A stretch of 64,000 bases of DNA from positions 1,178,001-1,242,000 of the forward strand of contig JAUFOR010000004.1 of NCBI GenBank assembly GCA_040285745.1, written 5' to 3'. Under the pieces are notes generated by a model. It made no database searches. It had not been told where the DNA came from and saw nothing but the letters and a program-made list of their open reading frames with translations. The first letter of the stretch is position 1. Every line of letters starts with the position of its first letter. The stretch comes from Barthelona sp. PCE. Lineage: Eukaryota. The position numbers were made by a program, and so were the translations under genes. Of this stretch, positions 1-10,700 are shown piece after piece.

Positions 1-2568
1 TCTCTGATCAGAGCTACCTAAATCGAATACTATTAGCTCTCCATCAGCAGTAGTGACAAAAAGCAATGTCTCCTTATTATTAATAGTCATGTGAATAATA
101 GAAGAATTAATCTTAACTAACAAATGTGCATTTGGTTTCTCTGAATAAACATCTACACCTAAAATAACACTTCTTTGATCCTCTGGTTCCAACGATACCA
201 GCAAAGAATCCATTCTACGCATGTGACATGAAGCAGTAACATTAGGATATGGTGAAATTCCTAATCCAATGCAAGGAATTTCAAAAGATAATCGAGGAGC
301 GTTTAAATGAATTTGCCAGATAACAATAATACCCTCTTCACTTGATATTGTAGCAAAGTCATCATGATAACTATCCTTAATTATACAACAACTGTCAATA
401 TCGTGTTTATGTGCCATAAGAACCTGAACTGGATTTGCCTGCTGTCCTAGCCTTGGTAGATGCGGGATTTCAGCAATAAGACCATGCCAACCTGTTGCGA
501 CACATGCAAAGTTGGGATTATCCTCAAGAATAGTAAGTTTGGTGATCTCAGTACCTAATTCAGGGAATGTAAATACTTGCTGACCACTGTTGAAATTAAA
601 GAACGAGACAACACCATCAGCAGTGGCAGCGACAATCAACAAACGCCCATTTGGATCGAGTGAAGCCGCTGTAACAATTTGCTGGCCTGGAAGTAAACAT
701 GAAAATGAGTGCAGGAGCTGACCATCACCCAGTCTCCAAAGAGAACACATGCCTTTCTCATCAACAACAAGAAGATTGTTAAGGAATGCAACATACAATA
801 AAGCAATAGGCTTGGAAGTGTGCAAAGAGCTCACCTTCTTTTCCTCCACTTGTTTACCAACAGGTGCTGTGACGTGTGGGTGAAGGGACTGACGCAGACG
901 GAACACTGGTGGTTCAACATCTTGCATTTTGGTAACGACCTGAGACGATTCATTGTTGACTGTCCAAAATCTAATCACATTTCCAGCTGTTGCTAAAATA
1001 CCACGATTACGATCGTATGCAGCGGAAGTAAACGCATCAATGGGTTGGTGAACGAAAGAATCTGAAATTGTTTGACGTTTCCGCCACATTCGCACATCAT
1101 ATACTAAAATTTTCTTATCTGAAGCGATACCAAAAACAGAATAACTCTGATCATGGAAGTAACAATCCAAAAAAGCTGTTTTATGCGATTCAAACGAATG
1201 TACTATATCTTTAGAGTAAGGATCCCAAATTTTCACGGTACGATCTAAACTACTAGTACTAATCAGTTTTAGTGTCCACGATAAATCAACACCGGTCACG
1301 CCGAGATTGTGTGCCTTAAACGATCTCTCCAAGAGCAATCTCTCAGAATCACTGATACAAATACGGCCACTAAGATCACCACTAATAATTCCCAACAGTG
1401 GATGAGTACAGAGAGTGTTTACCCAGTTGCGGCCGTGAACTGCGTTTGTATGTGTGAGCTGTCTGGATTCAACATCGAATAATGAAAGATAACCTGCTGT
1501 ATCACCGTATAAAACTGCATTCGTATTAGAAATGGGTTTCTTAATCAGTTCCATACACAATGGAGTCCTTGGAACACGGTGTTGGCTTGTTATCGTCCAT
1601 GAAGACGTGTTGTAGGTGAGTACTGTTGCGCCCAATGTACCAAAAAATGCAACTTCTGCATCTGGATCATAAACTCCATCAGTAATCCAGCCACCAAGTG
1701 CCTTTGCAGCCGGTTTTCCGTACCTCAGCATCGGGTCGTGTTTTCTCCCATCGTCTTCTGTGCTTTTACGAAGAAGATAATCGACCTGTGGCTTGGACAA
1801 TGATGTGTTCGTCTTGACATCTCTTCGCATAGCTAACTCACGTAACTCCTGTGCTTTATGTAATTCTTTGATTGTGTACGGTTGGTCAGGACGCGCAATG
1901 CGACGAAGATGTTTCGTATATCTCAAAGGTACGCCATTTGTATTTGGCAAGTTAGGTACACCTGCAATTTCTCCCAATGTAGAATCTTTAAATTCCTTAA
2001 CAACTGACGGCTCGAAGCCTGTTGGCTTGCTGTAAAGCTCTAGTTCTTGCATAGTTACAATCTCTGCTTTAGGTTGTTCTATCAGATTACCAGGACCGAT
2101 TTCCATGTTAGGGGCGATACTGTATCCCCTTGAGATCTCAAGAGGGGGCTCCTGTAGTGTGGCGATGAGGCGCTTGTCTGCAGCAGACCATACCTTACAA
2201 CCTCCACTACGTGAAGAACTGATTAGAATACCAATTTCACTCAAAAACACAAGTGCATCAACGCTTCTTCGGTGTCCAAAGTCTTCATCGATCTCCTCTC
2301 TGTTGAGTGTTGCTCCCTTATACCGATCTCTATCCATAACTAAGCCTGACTCAATACAAAAACTAATGAATGATGACCAATCAACTAGATCACTATTGAA
2401 TGTGTCGCACCTTGCAAAGATTCGATGTGCTTCCGCCTTTGATACGTCACTCACTTCATTAAGCGCTTCTGCAAATAGTTCGCTGTTTAATGGTTCAGAA
2501 CCAAACCTTTTCTGCAATTCCCTAAAGTCATGAGCTGTGAACTCCTGTATAGATGCAGGCCGCCCCAT
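1..2568 (-). CDS. EF-hand + WD40 repeat protein (WDR49/WDR64/EFCAB8-like), 3' end outside window
   Basis: Not in the ORF track because its stop lies outside the window. ATG at 2568 reads MGRPASIQEFTAHDF...IFARCDTFNSDLVDWSSFISF (degenerate EF-hand). The same frame at the window edge reads FVTTADGELIVFDL (WD40-like); SSLDRTVKIWD-type repeats lie in between. Confidence 0.8.
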   Translation of the reverse strand, partial: MGRPASIQEFTAHDFRELQKRFGSEPLNSELFAEALNEVSDVSKAEAHRIFARCDTFNSDLVDWSSFISFCIESGLVMDRDRYKGATLNREEIDEDFGHRRSVDALVFLSEIGILISSSRSGGCKVWSAADKRLIATLQEPPLEISRGYSIAPNMEIGPGNLIEQPKAEIVTMQELELYSKPTGFEPSVVKEFKDSTLGEIAGVPNLPNTNGVPLRYTKHLRRIARPDQPYTIKELHKAQELRELAMRRDVKTNTSLSKPQVDYLLRKSTEDDGRKHDPMLRYGKPAAKALGGWITDGVYDPDAEVAFFGTLGATVLTYNTSSWTITSQHRVPRTPLCMELIKKPISNTNAVLYGDTAGYLSLFDVESRQLTHTNAVHGRNWVNTLCTHPLLGIISGDLSGRICISDSERLLLERSFKAHNLGVTGVDLSWTLKLISTSSLDRTVKIWDPYSKDIVHSFESHKTAFLDCYFHDQSYSVFGIASDKKILVYDVRMWRKRQTISDSFVHQPIDAFTSAAYDRNRGILATAGNVIRFWTVNNESSQVVTKMQDVEPPVFRLRQSLHPHVTAPVGKQVEEKKVSSLHTSKPIALLYVAFLNNLLVVDEKGMCSLWRLGDGQLLHSFSCLLPGQQIVTAASLDPNGRLLIVAATADGVVSFFNFNSGQQVFTFPELGTEITKLTILEDNPNFACVATGWHGLIAEIPHLPRLGQQANPVQVLMAHKHDIDSCCIIKDSYHDDFATISSEEGIIVIWQIHLNAPRLSFEIPCIGLGISPYPNVTASCHMRRMDSLLVSLEPEDQRSVILGVDVYSEKPNAHLLVKINSSIIHMTINNKETLLFVTTADGELIVFDLGSSDQR

Positions 2569-2741
2569 TAAAATATGTGTTAATAGCTGGAAGGCCGCAA
2601 AAAGATACAGGTATGTAAAAACAGGGTTTAGTAAGTATTTTATTGTGCTTCAGCATCGTAACATCCACAATTGTTCCTTGATCACGTCAAATATGATGAA
2701 TCTAGATCACAAACCTGCATCACTAATTTTCACCTCTTTCG

Positions 2742-3008
2742 ATGTCAGAAGAACAATTTAATAATATTCAAGAAGAAACCTTACGGGCTTTATTGTCTTC
2801 AAAATACCCAAACTCTAAATGCAACAAAGATGTGTTTCCAGCACTTCTAGAACTCTTCGAAATGCAATTAAAAGATTTCTCTGATAGGTTACATCAGAAT
2901 GTTAGCTCAACTGCATACCACAATGCAAAACAAGAGGGTAATCCAGTTATGTTTGGCATAGATGAAATCCAATCCGTTTTTTCTCAACTTTTATTCGATA
3001 ATTTATAA
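2742..3008 (+). CDS. CENPX: CENP-X / MHF2-like histone-fold protein
   Basis: 88 aa, helical. The C-terminus IDEIQSVFSQLLFD matches the CENP-X/MHF2 terminal motif (E.i.pQLLLDF); the N-terminus ETLRALL also fits. Confidence 0.7.
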   Translation: MSEEQFNNIQEETLRALLSSKYPNSKCNKDVFPALLELFEMQLKDFSDRLHQNVSSTAYHNAKQEGNPVMFGIDEIQSVFSQLLFDNL

Positions 3009-3013
3009 TTTTA

Positions 3014-6000
3014 CTATTTCAGTAACGGATTTTCAAACTGAACTGATGATGCTTCCAATGAACTAAAGCTTTTTAAATGCATTTTCTTTTTAGATACTTT
3101 AAATGTGTTGTATTTGGTATTTTTAAAGAATACAATTATTAAAATCAATGGAAAACTCAAAAATAAGATCTTTGAATATATGAAAACATTGTATAAACTG
3201 AAATATGAAAAAATTTGAATGGCCAAAATGATTATCAAAATAACAAGTGCAAATCCTTGATTAAGTGACTCAAAAGCTAATGGTTGAACCTTATAGAATA
3301 AAAACAAACAAACAATACCATATGTAAACGTGAGGATACTGAATGAAGTATTCATTCTGGCTAAATAACCCATAATACCTCTTAAAAATACCAATAATAA
3401 TGGTATATATAAAAAATCTTCACGATAACCTGCAGAAACAAAAGAAGTTTCTTTACGACTTTCTTTAAGAATGACATAAACAAAGAAAACACAAAATAAC
3501 AAACAAGAAATGCTAGATATCATATATGGTAAAAATTCACTAAATGTTTCAATTGAATTTTCTGGTTCTAAAATCGGTCTAAAATGGGAAAATGTACCTG
3601 TTCGGAATGTTAATGCTGAATCTACAGTTGTTGGTGTAATAATGATTAAGCAATCATCTAAAATTGATGGTAATACAAATAACCCTATAGCAGCTGTTAT
3701 TGCCAAATAAAAATTCTTTTTTTCTCTATTTTTGCTAAAAACAGAAACAAAAAATACTATTAAAGCAAAAAAGAAGATAAAAAAGTCAAAAGTTACTAAA
3801 GCATTGGTAACAGACATATTAGAAAAATGTTCTCCAAAGATATGATACAATAAACATTGAATAGTGTTAAGAAAACTCTCAACATTAAGTTCAAATGAAA
3901 CGTTTGATTTAATAGATTTTGCTTTTTGCGGTAAAAATGGAATTAAACAGTACAAAAAGATCAAAATGGTTTTTGTAAGATCAATCGGTTTGAAATCATG
4001 TAAAGTAAACGTGTGGGTACCCATAAAACGCGACCAAGGCATGAATTTAATAAGAAGAAGAAATGCTACAAATATACATGTGAATAATAACACATGTAAC
4101 AATGTAATCATCACGTTTGCGCAATATATACAGTTATTATTGAGTGGAAGCCGTTGTATACCCGCATTACTAACGCAAGCAGTGCAAAATGGTCCATTAT
4201 ATCCTTCTTGGCAATTAATACTTGATTGAGTATTACTAAAATCAAAAGTACCTGAAATACAATTACCCATGCAATTAACAATCATAAATGAGTTAGGATC
4301 GCTATCATTAGGGAAATATACTGTGTGTTTTTCGCTTAACATAAATTGTGAACCTTCAACATATCTCTTAAGATGATCTCCGACTGGAAGACATGTAGAA
4401 CCGCTGTAATTACTTGCAAGTTGAACAGTTGCAGCAGGACATTGATTACAAAAATTTTGTGAGATAAAAAATGTACCTGATGAACAATACTGGAAATGTA
4501 CTGTGAATGAACCAATTACAGAAAAAGGATAAGCAACAGAAAACACAAGCATGGAACCAAAAATTCCTCTTTTCCGAAGTGTTGGAACAGTATACACCTG
4601 CTCTGTGTCATAATCAAATATTGTAACCCAGTTCTGCAAAAATTCCTGCTTTTCATCGGTTCCACCAACTGCTTTTGCAATGAAATCTGTACTTACAAGA
4701 CTTTCCAAACTCGTCTGCTCTGTGTAAACATTAGAAATATAAGAAAAATCAATATAATTACAAAAATATGCAAAAGGAGTTTCAAAATGCTTATGACAAA
4801 ATACAGTATGTAATCCAATTGAACCATGCTTCGATTTTGTTGTTGGAGGATGAACAGTTTTAAGAACAAAAAAGCTTGAAATCGAAGTAAAATGAATATC
4901 AATTTCTGCAAACGTTGAACGTAACAGTATGTTAGTTTCGTTAAATCTTGTATTTGGATCATTACCTCCTACATCTGCAAACTCAACAGTGCCATTGATA
5001 ATATGAGCATCCAAATAACAATCATAGCAATTAACCAAATCAACGTTCATTTGCAGAGCATATATAGTTCCTTGATCAATAAAATGATCAGTTGCAAATG
5101 GTTCTTGAGATATAGTCAAGGTATCTGCATACATCATCAGAGTACTACCTTGAAAACTTATATTATTTCCCAACGTAATATCAATATTCAATCCAAAAAA
5201 TATTGGTGATGATAACACACTATGACAAGAAAAACGCTCAAATTTTAGTTTTTGTTGATATGAACCTGATTTAATAACACTAAAAGCTCCATATGTCGGT
5301 ATATCGTTCTGAATTAATCCACTAATGATTACATCATCACATTTTTTGGTTCTCAACAAACAACCATGAACAGAATGCAATCTAGCATCGATGTCAAAAT
5401 TTGTGCATGCACTACCAATACTTTGGAATAAACATTTCTCAGGCAAAGCTACATTATAAAAAGAAGAATTAAGAATTTGAAATTTCGATCCTGAACAATC
5501 TGTGCTGTAATCCATTGTAACATACTCCATTCTTGAATTCACAAATTGTAAGTCACTAGCTTTTAATACTAAAACTACATCATGTATAAAAGTATTTAAA
5601 AAAATTACTCTGAAGGCATTTAGCGTATATGGATGTTTGTTTGAAGAAAAATCATCAACCTTAATGCTAATAGAATTAAACAACCAACCATCAAAAGAAA
5701 CACAATCATGACAATATTTCTGTTGAATAGTTAAAGAATGAGAAATTGCAAATCCATTAAAAGTTACATTTCCATCTTGAATAAAAGTATTTTCTACTGT
5801 TAGTTTAGGAGATATATTAACAGAAAATCCAATAATTTGCAAATCATTAACAGACCCTACTAATTCACAACGCGGATCTCCTTGAATATGTAATACATTA
5901 ACACCCATTGATGTTAAAGTGCTAATCTGAGTATTAATCAATCTAAACTTATCAGTAAATACCCCTATATTATCAACTATACAAGTGTCTAACTTTAATT

Positions 6001-7735
6001 CAATAGAATCATCAACAATATTTATAAAAGACACTAAACTATTGAAGAAATTAATATTACAGGTATTTTCATGATAATTTGTTCTAAACATAACAATTTT
6101 ATCAATATTACTAATAGTTACAAACCTATATGTACCTCCATCAAGAAAAACAAAATTATTTTCCATAACATTAATTGATTTAATAATGATTGTCTTCTCT
6201 AAACTAGATTCAAAATTTTGAGTTCTACCAAATGGTCCAATCATTAACACAGGATATTCGTGTAATGGTGAATGAGGTTCTAAATCAAAAGAACAATTAT
6301 TCATAACAAAACCATTTCCATAACAATTTTTTCCCATCGGTACTAATGGAGCAGGATATTTGTCTTCTTTGATCACAAGCAAGCGAAAATCATCAAGGTA
6401 GAATTTGCAATGTTCAACTTTTGATGTATATCCATTAAAATCAACTTGATACGATATATTATGAAATATAACATTAGAAATAAGTGTATCTGGGCCAATG
6501 GATTCCATCTTAATTATACCATCAACTGTAATAGTGGAACGAAATGCATAAATTATGGGAAATTCTTCTGATACAACACTAATTCTTGATTCATTAACTT
6601 GAAAGTAACAATACTTACCATTTAGTATTGTAACGTTTTCTAAAGTAATATTTGTCAATTGAACTTTAATCCAATCTCTATCAGAAACAAATGAAAAAGT
6701 CTTGTGTGGTCCTTTATACACAAAATCTTCAATTATCAAATGACCATTTTGATTAATTTCCAATTTATCAACCAACCCACCTTTAAAACGTAACCCTTTC
6801 ATACTGGCATCAAAATTAATGGTACCATTTGTCCATCCATCTAAATCTATAATCAAATCAACGATTGCATTGGAGGGTAAATATTTTGATTCATTAACGG
6901 TAAATGTATAATTATTAAGATTACGTAATATAATATCAGATCTATCTCTACTACTACTAGCTATCTTTAATAATACAAAACTGCAGTTAGAAACAATAAC
7001 AGTTTCCTTCATTGTTAGAAGAGATAAGGTATGTGATATCTCAAGGTTTAATAAATGATTGCTTGTTGACTGAATTAAATGCAAATTTTCAATTTGCATT
7101 GGCAATAAATTAACAAAATCAACAGAATTCAATTTTAAATATTCCATCTTTCCCTCAACATCAGTAATAAAAAGTTTTCCAAAAGTTGCATTACCAGAAA
7201 ATTTCACTTCTGATTTTATATCCATACTTGAACCAAAAACTGAGTCGGTTGGCTTGCACAAATGACTAAATGAAAAATCACCATACACTTCCTTTAATTG
7301 CATTGTGTAAGGAATTAATGCATCAAAGTTATCGTATTGGTAATAGAAATTTAGAATTTGTCCTTCTAAAGTCATGTAAAAAGAAACAGTGTTAATATTA
7401 CCCATATCTACATCTTTAAGGTATAACTCTTTAGATATTAGATCAAATGACTTACCATCTTCCTTAACAAATATAACTTTTGGCTCCATTCCAATAATAT
7501 GAAGTTTTCCTTCAAAATCTTGCGATTCTTTAAATAAATATGTTCCTCCACATGCATATATGATACATTCTGTTACTGGCTTACCTTTGCAATGAGCTAC
7601 TGCATCAGAAAGCTCTGCAACATCAAGATCTATTGGAGGTGTTGAACATGAATGAAAACTTTGCAATCTAATACTTACAATTTCACAGAACCCGCCTGTT
7701 GCCCACAATAGCAAAAATAAAAACCAGAAATGCAT
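3014..7735 (-). CDS. Large multipass surface protein (signal peptide, long beta-rich ectodomain, Cys-rich stalk, ~9 TM), paralog 1
   Basis: 1573 aa; hydrophobic N-terminus; CNQCPAATVQ and CQEGYNGPFCTAC Cys motifs; about 9 hydrophobic segments at the C-terminus. Confidence 0.8.
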   Translation of the reverse strand: MHFWFLFLLLWATGGFCEIVSIRLQSFHSCSTPPIDLDVAELSDAVAHCKGKPVTECIIYACGGTYLFKESQDFEGKLHIIGMEPKVIFVKEDGKSFDLISKELYLKDVDMGNINTVSFYMTLEGQILNFYYQYDNFDALIPYTMQLKEVYGDFSFSHLCKPTDSVFGSSMDIKSEVKFSGNATFGKLFITDVEGKMEYLKLNSVDFVNLLPMQIENLHLIQSTSNHLLNLEISHTLSLLTMKETVIVSNCSFVLLKIASSSRDRSDIILRNLNNYTFTVNESKYLPSNAIVDLIIDLDGWTNGTINFDASMKGLRFKGGLVDKLEINQNGHLIIEDFVYKGPHKTFSFVSDRDWIKVQLTNITLENVTILNGKYCYFQVNESRISVVSEEFPIIYAFRSTITVDGIIKMESIGPDTLISNVIFHNISYQVDFNGYTSKVEHCKFYLDDFRLLVIKEDKYPAPLVPMGKNCYGNGFVMNNCSFDLEPHSPLHEYPVLMIGPFGRTQNFESSLEKTIIIKSINVMENNFVFLDGGTYRFVTISNIDKIVMFRTNYHENTCNINFFNSLVSFINIVDDSIELKLDTCIVDNIGVFTDKFRLINTQISTLTSMGVNVLHIQGDPRCELVGSVNDLQIIGFSVNISPKLTVENTFIQDGNVTFNGFAISHSLTIQQKYCHDCVSFDGWLFNSISIKVDDFSSNKHPYTLNAFRVIFLNTFIHDVVLVLKASDLQFVNSRMEYVTMDYSTDCSGSKFQILNSSFYNVALPEKCLFQSIGSACTNFDIDARLHSVHGCLLRTKKCDDVIISGLIQNDIPTYGAFSVIKSGSYQQKLKFERFSCHSVLSSPIFFGLNIDITLGNNISFQGSTLMMYADTLTISQEPFATDHFIDQGTIYALQMNVDLVNCYDCYLDAHIINGTVEFADVGGNDPNTRFNETNILLRSTFAEIDIHFTSISSFFVLKTVHPPTTKSKHGSIGLHTVFCHKHFETPFAYFCNYIDFSYISNVYTEQTSLESLVSTDFIAKAVGGTDEKQEFLQNWVTIFDYDTEQVYTVPTLRKRGIFGSMLVFSVAYPFSVIGSFTVHFQYCSSGTFFISQNFCNQCPAATVQLASNYSGSTCLPVGDHLKRYVEGSQFMLSEKHTVYFPNDSDPNSFMIVNCMGNCISGTFDFSNTQSSINCQEGYNGPFCTACVSNAGIQRLPLNNNCIYCANVMITLLHVLLFTCIFVAFLLLIKFMPWSRFMGTHTFTLHDFKPIDLTKTILIFLYCLIPFLPQKAKSIKSNVSFELNVESFLNTIQCLLYHIFGEHFSNMSVTNALVTFDFFIFFFALIVFFVSVFSKNREKKNFYLAITAAIGLFVLPSILDDCLIIITPTTVDSALTFRTGTFSHFRPILEPENSIETFSEFLPYMISSISCLLFCVFFVYVILKESRKETSFVSAGYREDFLYIPLLLVFLRGIMGYLARMNTSFSILTFTYGIVCLFLFYKVQPLAFESLNQGFALVILIIILAIQIFSYFSLYNVFIYSKILFLSFPLILIIVFFKNTKYNTFKVSKKKMHLKSFSSLEASSVQFENPLLK

Positions 7736-7790
7736 TGAAAGGGAGATAAAAAAATACTATAACTTTACTAAAATATAAACAATGTGTATC

Positions 7791-10700
7791 TCAATCAAAC
7801 ATGTCAAACATACGCCTGTCTGCCTTTTTATGATACAACTGAGAACTAGATTTTGATTTAATTAAAAATGGAGTATTACTGTTAAACATTGATCTATTAA
7901 CATTGAAATCACTGCTTCTGTTCTTTTTAACCATGATGAAGATCATCAAACCAGGGAAACTAAAGAAAAACAAAACTGCCAAAACACTAATATTTTCTCC
8001 CAAATAAAAAACTAAAAATTGCAACAAAATGAGAATTATCATGATTGTGGCACCAAATAAGTTGTTTAAAAACTCAAAAATCATTGGTTGAATTCTAAAA
8101 TATATAAACAACAAAATGATACCAAAACCAAACAATAATATTGGATAACGTGCAGTAAGCATGTACAATATGTTCATCACTGCACGCATCATTGTGATAA
8201 TGATTGGTAATGACAAATAATCATCACGATATCCAACACTGATGAACGAATGATCAATTTTTGATTCCTTCATCATGATTCTAACCATGAAAACACCTAA
8301 CACCAGACCAGCACATGATGCTAAATGATAAGGAAATAGATCAGAATAACTAGTAATCTCGAAATGAGGTGATAACAATGGTCTAAAACTGCTAAAACCT
8401 TCCATATTATGTTTTAACTCTTCATCAAATGAAATAGGGCATAATAACAACACAGCATCTGTTAGAATATGTGGAGCAGTTAATGAAGAAATTGCTGCAC
8501 ATATACTAAGAAGAATATCTTTTGTATGCTGGCTTTTTGCTCTATATTTTAAATAAGATAACATGATTAAAACAATTGCAATGAACGTAAAATAACATAA
8601 TAAACCAATAGGTCTAGGTGCACCTTCAACTGGTACACCCATACGTTTCAATAAGCATTGAATAGTTTCCCAAAAAGCTTCATTAGTAATTTCAAATTTA
8701 AACTTATTACTATTCTCTTTCTCACCATCTAATGAAATTGGAATAAATGCAACTAATAAAAACATAAAAGATACTATAGTCTTTGTCAGACGAACAGCAC
8801 CAAATTCTTGAAATGATTGATCATGACCCAATAACTTATGCCACGGAAGAAGATGTCCCCAAGTTAGGAAACATATTATTAGAAATACAACAAGAATATA
8901 CAACAACAGATATATTAGAGTATTCATAAACGATGGACAACGTGCACATGATCCGTCCAATGGCATCGCATCATGACTATAACTACACTCTGAACAGAAA
9001 CTCCCTGAATATCCATATGCACAATTTGGAGAATCATTGTCTTTAAAATTGAACGTACCTTCTTTGCAATTTTTGATACACTTAACAAGCATGAATTGAT
9101 TTTGAATTGGATCATTAATATAAACAGTAAGCTTTGACGAAAGAAGAAATGTTGAACCTTCAACATAGTGGTACAATTGGTCGTTAACTTCTTCACAAGT
9201 AGTACCAGAGTAGTCATCTATCAGCTGAACTGTACCGAGAACACATGGAGAACATACTGCATGTGTTGAATAATAAAAACCTGCATCACAAACACGTGTA
9301 ATAAGAACCATAGGTTCACCTATGTAAAATGGATATAATAAAACTAATGATATAGGAACACCAAAATCTAAGAAGCAAATCAAATTGCTTATTTCACCAT
9401 TTAATAACATACGAGGTTGAGGATGATGTGCTAAAAAGTAATTGAAATCATAATCTACACTTAATTGAATGCTTGATGAAAGACCAATTTGTTTGACATC
9501 CATTTTCTCAACTGAAAGTATATCAATATCAACACAATAACCATTACTAAAACGACGATCGCAAAAAATCGCTTCTGGATCGATATTACCTCCTTCAACA
9601 GGTGGATGTAAAGTTTCCAAGACATGGAATACCTGCGCATCGAACTGTAATGTTAAGTCAGTTGGTATAGAACATCTGAAATAAACATTATTAGGATTTG
9701 AAAAAAAAGTTGGTTCGATCAAATTATTTGTGTAATATATTGCACCATGGATACGATGCGCATTCACGTAACAGTTCCAACAGTCAATCACATCCAATGC
9801 AAGCGATTGAACGAATATAACATCCTTATCAAAATATACTTCACCATCTGGAATGTCCTTAATAAGGTGCATATTCATTGCTATGATATAAGGGAGTACA
9901 GCATTTTCACCTGCCTTGAAAGAGACATCAGTGAACACATCCATTGAAGCATCACGGAGTGTAAATAAAGGAATACTGTCATTATGTTCAATATGAAAAT
10001 TTTGCATAACAAATCGAGTAATAGTATCGTCTTCTTCATCCTGGATTACAAATCGGAAGCTCCTACACCAATAGATACCTCCTGAAAGAGATATGACATC
10101 ACGTGCAATAACTCTTAGCAGACAACCAGTACATTCAGTTAATTCAATATCAAATGTAAAACTACCACTACTTTCAGTTAACTGTTTGTTAACAGAATGC
10201 AAGAGGCACGTCTCAGGAAACATGACTTTAACAAATTTTGTATCAAAAATTTCCATGTTTGGAATATATACAACAGAAGTATCTAAAAATTCAACATTTA
10301 GAAAAGTAGAATTTGAAAGACCAAAATAATTACATTGTAACATTAAAGTGATATTACTGGTAAAACTTTCAGTAAAAATTACACTGTATGAATTTAATCG
10401 AACTAATTTTGTGCTAGTAAAATTTACGTGACAAAAAAGAATCTCGCCAAATTTCCAAAACCCAAAATCAACACAATCTTCACAAACAATATCAGTCATC
10501 TCAAGTTTTTCAACTATTCCTACACCTTCGAATGTTATACTTGAACCAATACCTAATTTAATATTTGAAATGTCAAATTGCGATTTAATAACAAGATCGA
10601 AATAAAATAATTGTAATTCATGTATTTTAATGTCGTAAGTCGAAAAATGTATGATTGAATCTTCAATTGAAAATTGATTATTCACATACAAAGAATCAAG

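Noticed and set aside
1793-2761. Plus-strand ORFs 1793-2035, 2105-2533, 2537-2761
   Set aside because: Antisense shadows of the long minus-strand EF-hand/WD40 gene.
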